Source: Catajapyx aquilonaris
Lineage: Eukaryota
Direction: 5' to 3'
Length of the DNA stretch: 57,968 nt
NCBI GenBank assembly: GCA_000934665.2
Contig: JYFJ02002382.1
Span: 1-57,968 of the forward strand
Shown: positions 1-11,615 of the stretch, piece after piece
Layout: every line of letters begins with the position of its first letter
How positions within the stretch are numbered: the first letter of the stretch is position 1
Program-made: the position numbers and the translations under genes
The notes under the pieces: generated by a model
Database searches by the model: none
Seen by the model: only the letters and a program-made list of their open reading frames with translations
What the model was told of the DNA's origin: nothing

Positions 1-403
1 ACTGAAAAAAACTGGTCCTTTTTATGTAACCATTGCGGGATGGGCCAGTTTCTTTTTGTTGAATAAATTTCGGCGAAAACAAGAATCCTTTTCACTTTGC
101 ACTTTCATTTTCGTCCCATAAGCTGTTAAGTCACAATTACGATGCCAAGCTTTAATACATATAAATTATTGGTTCCTACCACATTCTTCTTCTTACGCAA
201 AAAATGAGGCCGTCCTTTTGTGTGCGGGATCGGAATCGGAAGAAGATTTTTCCACTTCCTGAGTGTCGAATCCCATCAGCTTTTTCTTTTTTCTTCGTGG
301 CGGCTCGTGGAGAAAGTGAACCCACCTGAGGTTACATCAGATGGGCTTTTAAAAAAGTGATTTAATGGTGATGATGAGTGATGTTGTGTGTCGTGTGCTT
401 CAG

Positions 404-2829
404 GCGCAGCGTGGCTGCTGCTGCTGCTGCTTGCGGCCTTGGCGTCGCCGGCGTCGTCGCAGCGTCGATTGTACAGCCAACATGCGCTTCCGGAGACGGG
501 CTTCACATGCGCGGATAAGGCTCCTGGAGGATACTACGCCGATGCAGAGGCCGACTGCCAGATGTTCCACGTCTGCGTGCAAGGAACCTTCATTGAAGTC
601 AGTGCAACCGCAGGCTTTGTCGTTGGGTCGTCGTTGTTCGGATCCGACAATCAGCGCCGGTCCAACAACAACAACGATCCAACAATCGCAGCATAAATTA
701 ATACACAGCACAATCAGCATAAAAATTATATGATTTGTCCAGTTGGTAATGCTGAACAGGACAGCCCTACGGTATCAACAATTAGGGCAGACACAACTCA
801 ACAAAAATGTGAAAGTGGTCTTCGTCATAATCTTTCTTCACTTTTTCTCCCAGTCCGCAAGGATAATTCACTGTCAAATTTCAAGGTCAAACTGGTAGAG
901 AATTATGAATAAGTTACGGTACTGGAAGTTATGTGTACTTCAATAAGAAACCTGTTTTTAACGTGAACCAACCCGTTAGAATAAGCCACAATCACTTGTC
1001 GTGATTGATTGTTGGGGGTCAACAATCCATAACTTATTCACCTTTGGTACTGGGTGCAATTTTTTCCACCAAAAAAATGTGCTTTTTTTTTACGAGCTCA
1101 ACCGAGTGCGCAGCCACACTCGCGCAAGTTCATTGTTCGGACAACAACGTTGCCAGAGAATTACTCCTTAGGTAGCCTCTAAGGTTCGTTTCAGAGCGTT
1201 GGAAACGTCGCAAAAGTCGGCCATATTGTTTACCCCCTTCTAGTGTAGTGTTGGAAACAATTTGACCGAGCGAATTATGTTGGGCACTCGGTTGCACTCA
1301 TTTTAAAAATTCGTCCTATTAAAAACTGACACCATATTATGTGTTGCTGCTGTATATGAATTTTAATTAGAGCAACAGAGTGCGCAACACAGTTGGCGCA
1401 AATTGTTTCCAACACTAAGCTTGAGGGGATAACAATAGGCTATATGGCCGACTTTTGCGAGGTTGCCATTTTCCACGGCTCTGGAACGAACCTCAGAGGC
1501 TACATGAGGAGTAAATGTGGCAACGTTGTCGGAACAATGGACTTGCGCCAGTGTGTGTGCGCAGTCGGTTGCGTTCGTAAAAAAATTAATCTATAAAACG
1601 ACTTCAACGACAATGGGCGTTGTCGGTCGGATTTTTAGGAAGTGTTGTTGTTGATCTGTTTTTCTTGACCTTTTGACCAACTGCCGCTTTGTTTCTAGCT
1701 CCAGGACTTCCGGTTCCTGTGTCCGAACGGAACCGCGTTTGACCAGGAGCATCTGGTGTGCGCGGCCTGGAACGACGTCGCTTGTGGCGTCCATGGCATC
1801 CCTTTCTTCAGCGCCTTCGAGCTCCTGAAGATCGGTGTGGCCGAACGAGAGTTGGGCACACCGGCTCCGACCCAGCAGTCGCCGGTGACCCCGCCTGCCC
1901 CCGTGCTGACCCCTGCCCCCAGGACAAGGTTCAGGCAACAACAATACGAAGGAGACTCCAACTCCATCCGAGGAGGAGAGGCTGTTGAGGAATCGCTTCA
2001 CTACAGGCCTCTTGAGCCGTCTCCGCGACAGTCCTTCCGGCCATTCCCGACGACAAGGCAAACGACAACGACCACAACGACAACGACGGTTCCGCCAGAG
2101 CCGTACGTTCAGCCGCTGCGTCAAGCACCGAGAGGACGCAATGCTGTGACGGTGCAACCCAGACCCAGCAGCAGAGCGTCGTCGTTCTACTTCTCACAAA
2201 CAGCGTCGTCACCATCGTCCTTTTACACTCCTGATGACTACTATACCACGACGGAGGTGCCAACGACGCCGCCGGCGCCGCAACCGCAGCCGTCGTCGCA
2301 CCGGTTTGGCAGCAGGCGACGTGTCCTTGTGCGACGTCCCCGACCGACGACCACATTGCCGCCTGTGACAACCACGGCCGTCACAACCTACAGACCGACC
2401 ATCACCACGTACAGGCCTACCATCACCACGTACAGACCAACGACGACGTACAGACCAGCAACGACGTACAGGACAACGACGTACAGGCCTACAATCACCA
2501 CGACGTATCCAACAACGACCACAACCACCACAACGACCAGGAGGCCTCAGCGCAGAAGAACGACGACGACGACGACAACGACGCCGGCGCCTCGAACGGT
2601 CGAAGCGTTGGCGACGACGTACCGGCCGCCGTTACCTCTGGTCCTCCTTGGGTTCACGGCCAGCAGCACGCAACGATACACGACGTCGACCCCTGTTTAC
2701 GACACCTCGACCGTCCCTCCGACCAGGTCGCCCGAGTACGACTATTCCTACTACGAGAGTGACAACCTGGGCAGCTACAACGACGCCTCCGACGACCACT
2801 TCTTCCTCAAGAGCAACGCAGCCGCCTGA
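404..2829 (+). CDS. Secreted chitin-binding type-2 (CBM14/peritrophin-A) protein with Thr/Pro-rich mucin-like tail (CPAP1-like); 5' partial
   Basis: Exon 404-597 (cttcag|gc, phase 1; signal peptide AAWLLLLLLAALASPASS; FTCADKAPGGYYADAEADCQMFHVC; donor gtcagt) joins in frame to exon 1699-2829 (ttctag|ctc; LQDFRFLCPNGTAFDQEHLVCAAWNDVAC) to give a 6-Cys CBM14, followed by TTYRP repeats and a TGA stop. The exon carrying the start codon was not identified. Confidence 0.88.
1083..1590. mobile_element. Two head-to-head copies of a short TIR (MITE-like) repeat family in the CBM14 intron
   Basis: ~1083-1310 (ttttttacgagctcaaccgagtgcgca...gcaaaagtcggccata...gtgttggaaacaattt...gcactcggttgcactcatt) is the diverged reverse complement of ~1360-1590 (gagcaacagagtgcgca...aaattgtttccaacact...tatggccgacttttgc...gcgcagtcggttgcgttcgtaaaaaaa). 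The same family occurs at ~29660-29800 and ~39725-39815. Confidence 0.75.
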
Positions 2830-4304
2830 TCCACGACCGCTACTTCGACGCCCGGAGAAGGAAGCAGCCGACGAATCAGTGCCAAAAGGAAAGAAACTTT
2901 TTACACATGTTGTACATATCAACCTCTCCTTTTTTGTGACATCCCTCGGGACAATAAACTGCGTCAATGCAACACGACGTCTTCTTCCTGTCAATCTTCA
3001 ACTGGTGATATCCTGTGGGTGCCTCTACCTGCAGCACATGCTCACCTTGGTTGTTTCGCAGGTAGTGACACTCACAGGATGAACGAAAGGAGGGGCGGTG
3101 TTATGCAATAATGTGTCAATCCCAAAACATCGTCAAAATGTATTTAGACTTGTTCGAAAGTTAGTCCATATAATTATGCCACAAACTACTCCCATGTGAG
3201 CAACAAAGTTCATTAGAAGTTTAGAACCATCCCATTACCAGCTTATCGTTCCCTTTAAAATAATATTGTCACGTACAGTACTACCAAAGGGCATGTGCTT
3301 TTTGACCTTCATCTGACATTGAGTGGCATTATTTATTAAGCCCCAATTCGCTTAACGAGGCGCCTTTTCCTAATATTACATGAATATTTCACATAAAGCT
3401 CATGGTCAGTCACTAATACGAGTAATAGATAGATAGATCTAATACGAGTAATACGTACTTGGTGGTGATTGTACGGGGAGAAAAAAATAGGCAAGCACAC
3501 AGATATGAATGAGGGAATATCAGGCTGACAGCATTCAGTCTTTGTAGCTGATGAGCCAAGCGGAAGGAAGCAGCGGTCAAAGGTACATTCTATAAAATCT
3601 AAATTAAGTTATGATTGAAAATATACATGGCCAGTTAAGAACGAATTCTTTCAGAGGCATGTTTGTTTGTTGGTTGGCCTATTTGTGAGCTTTTTTCTTG
3701 CCTATTTCATGGTTTTTTCGCGCCTAAAAACCCGGATTCTATATAGTAATAACACACGTGCACGTTTCTACAGTAATATTTAAATTGAAGTTTAGTATGC
3801 GTGAAAATTCTAATGTTTTCAGGTACATAAAAACAGGCTTTTCATAACGGTTCTGATGTTTTGTAGCCATTGAGTACAAAATAGTCGGGCTACCTAATTT
3901 GATGAATGCGCGATGGTTACCGATTTATGGAAATATTCTTGAAGTGCACAGGTATAGCGCAGTGTCATGGTCGTTATCTTAACTACACCATTACAAATAA
4001 TACAAGTAAGCACAGTGATAGGGGGGGGGGGNGGGGGGGAGAGAGAACCGACCTCCAAGATCAATATATCAGACTCGAGTAATTCCAGTCCAGCAAACTA
4101 CCTGGAACACATTATGAGGATTATGAATTTTACAGAGCGGCATCATAAATACGAGGGAGAGTCAATAAAGAATGAGAATGTTTTTTTTTCTTCAAGTAAT
4201 TCGCCTACCTAAAATGGAGTATAAAGTTCGGGGTGAGCATCAGTACTCTTCCGCAATAAATTTGAATCAATATATGGGATATCACTTCTCATGCAGATGC
4301 AGAC

Positions 4305-6877
4305 ATGCCGCTGCTTCTTCTGGCACTTCTCATTTCACCTTCAACCGCTGCCCTTTTCGAGACATCTTTAAGCCAGCAGGATGACCACGAGATTCAGACC
4401 CTAGTTCAGCTGGCACATGACATCTTGGCCACTTCAGAAGAGTACTCTGAATGCTCCCTGGTGATATCCCGTCGCGAGAACCAAACTAGTCCTCATCTGG
4501 AAGCTTTTGTACGCTCCGAACAAGAGGACTTTAGATCAAATGTCCTCTTCAACGCTGATGGCCCAACGTCACAGAAAGGAATGAAAGTCAAGGCCTGGAA
4601 CGAGTACCGGGGGATCAACAAACCGGAGCAGCTGTACTCCTTCAGCACAATGCCACCGGAGATAATGTCCAGGAGGTGGCCAGGAGGAAGCTGCACGCTC
4701 AACCTTTTCATCCTGGATTCACCCGAAGACCTTCCGGACTTGATCCTTCAGACAGGGGCATTCATCAGGATCAGGAATTTGGACGACCTGTTTCTCTTTC
4801 ACTTCAGAAAAGGACAACCCGAGCACATGATGATGCAGCATCCTGCAGCTGGGATCAAATTCAAGCTGGCCTCGAGCAGGTGAGCATATACTATACTTAT
4901 CTAACACTTCAGACCACTATCAGGCATAAGAGGCGCAAACTTCTCAGTTCGCGTCTCTCTGTTTGGGGCCGTTGCCAAGGCTGGCGGCCATCATAAAGTG
5001 TGGGGAACGCCAACGAGGTATAAATAGGGTACAGGCAAAAATAGGGTCCGCCATCTTTGATGGTTTTGGCGGCCATGGCAACTACACGGCAAGAACACGC
5101 GCGAATCAAAGATGGCGGACCCTATTTTTGCCTGTACCCTATTTATACCTCGTTGGCGTTCCCCACACTTCAAGATGGCCGCCAGCCTTGGCAACGCCCC
5201 AAACAGAGAGACGCGGATATCGAATGTTTGCGCCTCTTATGTCACTGCCTGCCACTATAATAATGCATTCCGTGAATGATTTTCAGAAACGAAAAAGATG
5301 ATAAGGCCCTGGCCTTGCAAACCGTTTGTTTCTTTTGTTTGGAAGGTGGTCACCCTGAGACTTTGCATCTGCCGACCTATCCAATATTTAACACCACTGG
5401 TGATGACTTGTATCCTGACTTGGTGAGAAACGGGAACGGATTGACAGCTGTGATGCCGTTCTTCGAACACGCTGACTCGTACCAGGCTCGAAGGAGGGCC
5501 AAATTGTGGGGAAGATTGGAACTAAGTCTTGGTGATAACATTGCTCTATCTCTGGACGACTATTATGGAGTCCATGCGGTGCTCACAATACCCGCATCGG
5601 TGCACACAAACGCTGATTACCAGTACCCAAACGGAACCTGGGGAGGATTCACAGGAGAGATGCTGTCGGGGAAATATCAGGCTGTCCTGGTGTTCGTATT
5701 GACCGATGAAATTTACCGGCAGGTTTATGTAGGGTCAGCTGGATGGCAGATGCACATGACCTTTGTGACTGCGAGTCCTAAGGCGTACCTCAAGTGGTAT
5801 CAGCTGATCTTGCCATTTACCTGGGGGACCTGGGTGGCACTCTCTGCCTCTATCGGAGTGTGCTCTCTGGTACTGCATCGTCTGCTGAATCGTGCTGGAC
5901 CCAGCAGGAGGAGGACCTCACTGGCCTCTTGCTTTGCCAGTCTGATCCGGATCCTCCTGGAGCAACCTCCTGACCTGCCTGATGTCACAGGGGTCAGGAT
6001 TATGATTGGCTCGTTTTGGATAGTGGCCATGGTGGTCACTTGCGGATACAGGTGCAAGTATGTGGGAATGGCGATGGTACCTGACATGGAAAAGCTCCCC
6101 ACCACCTTTGAGCAGTTGTACATTTCGGGGTACAAGGCAGTTACACCATACCGAAACATCGTCGTTGCTCAACAGGTAGAGTAGCCCAATGCCGTTTTGT
6201 TCGTTTCCTTGCTACAATTTGTCTCTGCATCATTTCAGATAATACCCCACCTGAAGAACCCGAGTCACATCCGCCTGTTCAATGAGTCATCCCTGACCTC
6301 AGAATCAGAAACCTGCATGGAAGCGGTGTTGGACAACCCTAGAGTGGCCTGTATGATGTGCGAGTTCATGCTGCACGAAGTCATGGGCCAATTCCAGGAG
6401 TCGAAGGACAAGATGAGGGTGTCTCCAACCAAGGAGTTCCCGACCACAACCAGACTCATCGTACCCCGAGGATCCGTCTACAGTCACGAGGTTAACCAGT
6501 ACATATCGCATATATTTCAATCGGGCCTCCTCGACATGTGGGTCAAGGAATCAAACCGTTTACGAGCCAGAAGATCTGGCGCAAAGGTCCAGGAAGAAGA
6601 GGAGGAAACGCGGTCGTTCCTTCGGTTGATGCATCTGTCCATTATCTTTTGGTCCTGGGCAGGAGCCATGGGAACCGGATTGGTCATTTTGATTGCCGAA
6701 ATATCCGCGAAATATGGTCAAAGAAAAAGAATCACCCAAGGGATTCTAATGGAACCCCAGAAGCAGATCGAGAGACAGGACATGGCCCGGAACTTCAGCC
6801 GACTCCGGAGCCCCGTGGTGGTGACCCCTCACAAGTCCCAAGTGACTTGTGCGAAAGAGGAAAATGCGGGTATTTGA
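4305..6877 (+). CDS. Divergent ionotropic receptor (IR, variant iGluR family)
   Basis: Exons 4305-4879, 5287-6175 and 6239-6877 with GT-AG sites and matching phases. Signal peptide MPLLLLALLISPSTA; S1-like YPNGTWGGFTGEMLSG; M1 ILPFTWGTWVALSASIG; pore ASLIRILLEQ; M2 RIMIGSFWIVAMVVTCGY; S2 PTTFEQL...FQSGLLDMW; M3 LRLMHLSIIFWSWAGAMGTGLVILIAE. Confidence 0.85.
4929..5237. mobile_element. Palindromic fold-back MITE in IR intron 1, flanked by TA
   Basis: Termini ta|agaggcgcaaac ... gtttgcgcctct|ta. Inner arms of ~65 bp (gtgtggggaacgccaacgag...ccgccatctttgat) are perfectly reverse-complementary around a ~45-nt spacer. Confidence 0.85.
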
Positions 6878-8305
6878 GTTAAAGTCGGGAGATATTAATT
6901 AGTGCATATTGTAAGTAAAAGTTAATTCTTTGGATTTTGACCCGCGTGACAGGAAGCGAAACATTAAACCGCACTTTGAATGACTAAAGTCACTAGGCTA
7001 AACGTTGGCTCAGGAGTGCGATTTCTCAAATGTTACTGTGCCCCTTGACCTCCGGAAAACGACTCTTATCCCTTACCAAAATTTAACCTCACCGCGAGCT
7101 CCCTGCGAGCTTGCCTGAACCTGGCAAGCTCGCCTTGACCTAGCCGCAACCTCGCGGAACCTCGTGGACTCCTAAATCCTTTTCTGACCTCGCCATGAAA
7201 AGGGAGCCACTACCTCGGGCGACCTCGTCATTATTTTCGCGAGCATGTGATACTAAACCGCCATTATTATGTACTATAAAATGATAATATTATATATTCC
7301 TCATACGTATAATTCTGCTCCATTATTCCCTCAGCAATCAGTCATCACAGAGGAACTATACACAGCAGTGTGTGGAATTCACCCGCAATCATTGCGTAAT
7401 ACTGTAAATAAAAGTCATCCTTCTTATTTTAACAATGTGATTCATTATAATGGTCGTTCGAGATGGCCAGGTGGACTATAAGCCCTACCTGGTCATCGCT
7501 GGTAACCCCATCTTGATGGGAATATGCCGTGAATGAATGTATGTATGTATGTATATATACACTGAAATGAATAATAATAATCTACCAAAAATTCATTCAA
7601 ATTCAATTTTATTTACAAGGTCCCAAAGCATTTTGACTGTTGATTTTCTGCATATATATGCACAAGGATTCTCTACATTTGCGATCGGGACAACTTCCAA
7701 TAATATTCCTCATCGACGGATGTCACCAAGTATGGTTTGCAGAGAAGTCACTTCCTTGTACAGATTCTAAAATAATACGGTTAGTTAATGCATAATATCT
7801 AACATTGTCTACAACTACCTTCACATAAATGTAGACTTGGCCATAGCATACACACTTTTTAGATTCACTATATAATAATATTTAATAAATGACATTTTTT
7901 TTTTGAAATCCTGCCCATATCTCTTTGAAGTGTACAAAAAAAACCCTGAGTAGCACTCTTTTTACAACAAATATGATCCTCAATGCTTCCCCTTGAACAA
8001 CCTTCAAAATAGTATCGGAGACATATTTTGATGATGACATTATGAGTGGTCCAATACTGTACATGTTCTGACAAATCCTCTCGGATATCCTGTATCTTTA
8101 CGTCTATACAAAATAAGCAATAAGCATATCCGAGAGTCGTTTCCTCATTCCCTGCCGTAGCCAACCAGCACTGAAGAACGTACGACACCGGCCGCTAGGT
8201 GGAGATACCTCAGCGTTTTCTGCGTGCCAATATATTGCGTGCATTAGTTGTGGTTAAGAACCACCAGATAGTGAACGCGCAGGTGAGACGCTGGCAGTTG
8301 GCAAA

Positions 8306-9917
8306 ATGGGGACGGAAATAACGGAATGGTATTGCAGTGAGAGTTTTCGCAATTTATCTTGGGATTATTCAACCTACATTCAAGGATACATCTCGATCGT
8401 TGTGTGTGTGTTTGGGTCCATCACAAGCCTGCTGAGCATCGTGGTTTTGCTCCAAAAGAATATGGTGTCGTCGACCAATGTCCTTCTGGCTGGCCTCGCA
8501 GTGGCTGACACGCTAATTATGATGGCTTACGTGCCGTACTCCATTATGTTCATATTAATGAGTTACGACGATCCTCCTAACTTCTTAGCAACATATCATC
8601 AATATTCATGGTCGATCTTCAAACTTTTTCACAGTCACTTTCACACGGTAAGCGACACTCTACCTCTGCTTGCAAGTGCTGATGGTTTTGTTGTTGTTTG
8701 TTTGTCGTCATAATTTGTTTGTTGTCATAATATTATGTCAGTTTCACATTCGGCTGAGGTGCAATAGGCCATATGTCTATAAATATATTTCTTCCCAGGT
8801 TTTCCACGGTATATCCGTTTGGATCACAGTGATCCTGGCAGTTTGGTGGTACGTGATGATCTGCTGGCCACTGAAGAGCAGGCAGTGGTGCGGGACCAGG
8901 AGGGCCTGGTGGGCACTCGTCGTCACCTACGCCTGCGTCCCCATCATCTGCATCCCGAGTTACATGATGTTCGAAGTCAATTCTGAGCCTATTGACATGT
9001 ACGACTACGAATATGAGCTGTCTACCACCATGCCACCAGCACCATCATCACTGGCGCCTCCTGCCCCCGGTCTGCCCTCGCCTGACACTGTCGGTCCAGA
9101 GGTTGTGCCCACTGTTGCCCTATCCCCTCCTTACACCATTGTGAATGCCACCCAGTCCTACGGGACTTATATCAACTCCTTAGGATATGACGCCGAGAAA
9201 GGTGAAAATACCTCGTTCTTCAAACTCAACCACTGGATGCTGGGTGTGCTGTTCAGGCTGCTGCCATGCGCTCTTTTAACTGTCATCAGTTTCAGAATGG
9301 CCTATGCTCTGATCGAGGCCAAGAAGAGAAGGAGGACCTTGGTGGCATCTGGGACTGCACCGTCCGATGCTGACAGGAAGATGCATCGGACCACGAGGAT
9401 GCTCCTGGTGGTCGTCTTCTTCTTTCTCGTCACCGAAATTCCTCAAGGAGTTGTGGCCATCCTTTCAGGGACACTGGAAACATTTTATTATGAGTGCACC
9501 CCATACTTGATAGAAGTCTTTGATCTTCTGGTTCTGATAAACTCTGCCATAAACTTTGTTTTGTATACGACCATGAGCCAGGAATTTAGGCAAACTTTCA
9601 AGAACCTCTTCGTGCCCAAAATCAGGATCCCCTGGCGTCTTTGTTACCGATGGTCACGAACAATTGACCGTAATAATGGGGCGCGACCTGTTAGCAACAG
9701 CACCGAATCCGGCGACACCACTACAGTCGACTTGAGAGTACTGAGGTCATTCGGAAGTCATGATAATCAACTTAACAGAGAAGACGTTAGGCAGATTATG
9801 GACACAGTTTTACTCTCTCACTTGGATACTTTAGAGAGAAAAATGCAATCTTCCATTGACTCCTTAAGTGCGGATGTGCGGGACTTGCGACACTTTATGG
9901 CACTCTACACGGGGTAG
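8306..9917 (+). CDS. Myosuppressin-receptor-like (DmsR/Srw-related) class A GPCR, array copy 1
   Basis: Exons 8306-8647 and 8799-9917 (phase 0 intron in TM3). Motifs QGYISIVVCVFG, MVSSTNVLLAGLAVAD, RTTRMLLVVVFFFLVTEIPQG and LINSAINFVLYTTMSQEFRQTF match the insect myosuppressin-receptor pattern as I recall it. Has WWY in place of WRY. Confidence 0.88.
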
Positions 9918-10354
9918 GTAACGAACAGGATCTGTATACGTATTAATTGAATTAATTACATTTGAAAATAATGGTATCATTATTTTAGAGGCATGCTCAA
10001 AAACTCGCTCAGAGTGAAGAATGGATCAGAAAGTAGCTTCGTGGATACGGAAGACATTGACAACGACACGACAGCATAACAAACACTGAGAAGGTGATGA
10101 GTGATGAAGCATAAGTGTTCATTATTATCAAGTTTTTTACAGTATAAATATGCAAATGTATTGTTGCCAATTCAGTCACCGTGTCAATTTGTATGCTGCC
10201 TCCTTTTTTGATGAAAGTTTATAATTTTATCCTAAAGCTCTTCCCCTAAAACCAGTACACACTTTAATGCAGTACCGTTCATTTTTTATCCATGCATGAG
10301 ACAGGGAATATAATTTCATTACATGTACGGTACTGTATACAACACATCCCTAAT

Positions 10355-11042
10355 TGACCACATCTGTGTGCATAAAAATATGTCCTTATCCACGTGTCCT
10401 TGACCCGGGACACCTCATGGTCAAGGATTGCAGCATGCTGTGCCTCAAAATCTTTAATTCGCGTCACATAATATTGCAACCAGAGTTATGCACAGTGTTA
10501 ATGGCGGTGAAATGAAGCCGCAAAAATATACTCGTTTAAAATTATAACTATTACCAAGACTATTACGATTAAAGTATTTGATGAAAGCACCCACAGTAAT
10601 TATTATTTCATTTCGGCTTGTCCTTCACTTACATTCAGGGAAGCTGCACCTCATGGGCCTGACATTAAGACATAATTATTCTGAAGTAAAGCGCAGCGAA
10701 TGTAGATTTTATTCCGCTGAATACATAGTATGTTATGTCTGTAGGTGATGGTATTACAGGTGTATACTAGTCAGGACTGGTTTGCCAAGTTTTTACGATC
10801 ATATTCTCCTTCCTCCCCATCGCACACGTTCGTTTTCAAGGTTATATAAGAGTTAAACCGTTCAACCCTCAGGTATATTATAACATATTCTGCAACGTCA
10901 CTCTGTGTGTTTTTATCTGAATTGAAACGTCAGTGATGAGAATCAGTAAGGAGAGAATGACTCCAGGATGCAATAACGTGTATTAGTTGTTGCGGTTACT
11001 ACCTGCCAGTGGGTGAATGATTAATTAATTAATTAATTAATT
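10355..11042 (+). repeat. Orphan duplicate of the GPCR upstream (promoter/5'UTR) block with no CDS attached
   Basis: Matches the blocks before copies 3 and 5 (tccttgacccggga(c/t)acctcatggtcaaggattgcagca...agtcaggactggtttg...tagttgttgcggtt). It stops just short of the ATG-equivalent position at a (TTAA)n run (11021-11042), after which the block restarts and leads to copy 2. Confidence 0.75.
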
Positions 11043-11615
11043 CGCGCCACATATAATTGCATCCAGGAATATGCAATAGGTGAAATGAATTCGCCAAAAA
11101 ATCATCAAATTAAGTAGATGATTGAAATATCTGAAATATGCACCCACAATTAATATTTTTGTGCCGCTTGCCCTTCACTTACGTTTCATTCAGGGAAGCT
11201 GTGGATAGTCTCTTTACCTCATGGGTCAGTGTCATTATGACATTAAGACAGATTCTGAAGTTTAAAAAATTGGTTCAGCTTAGGCAGTGTATGCAGATGT
11301 ATAATTATGCCGCTGAATCCATGGTACAAAAAAATGCGGTATTGCAGGTAAATAGTCAGCACTGGTTTGACGAGTATGTATGAATTTTCTTCCTCATCGT
11401 GTGTAAAAGCAAGGTTATAAGAGTATAGCCATTCAAACCTCAGATATTTAATATATTCTGCAACGCCACTGTAATGTGTTACCTGAATTGAAACATGAGG
11501 AGACTCAGCAAAGAGAAGAGCGACTCCAGGTTGCGATTGCGTGTATTAGTTGTTGCGGTTACTATACCAGACTGAGTGAGTGCATGACTTGAGTGGGTCG
11601 CTGCCAGTTGACAAA

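Noticed and set aside
4021..4040. G-runs containing N (also 54382-54398) as G-quadruplex elements
   Set aside because: Ambiguous bases indicate homopolymer uncertainty; length and function cannot be supported.
4909..5301. Mirror-image ORFs on both strands (GGPYFCLYPIYTSLAFPT)
   Set aside because: Artefact of the intronic palindrome.
11580..11615. N-terminal extension MHDLSGSLPVDK on GPCR copies 2, 3, 5 and 6
   Set aside because: These ORF-track starts are GTG codons; the conserved ATG follows gacaaa/gacaat/gataaa.
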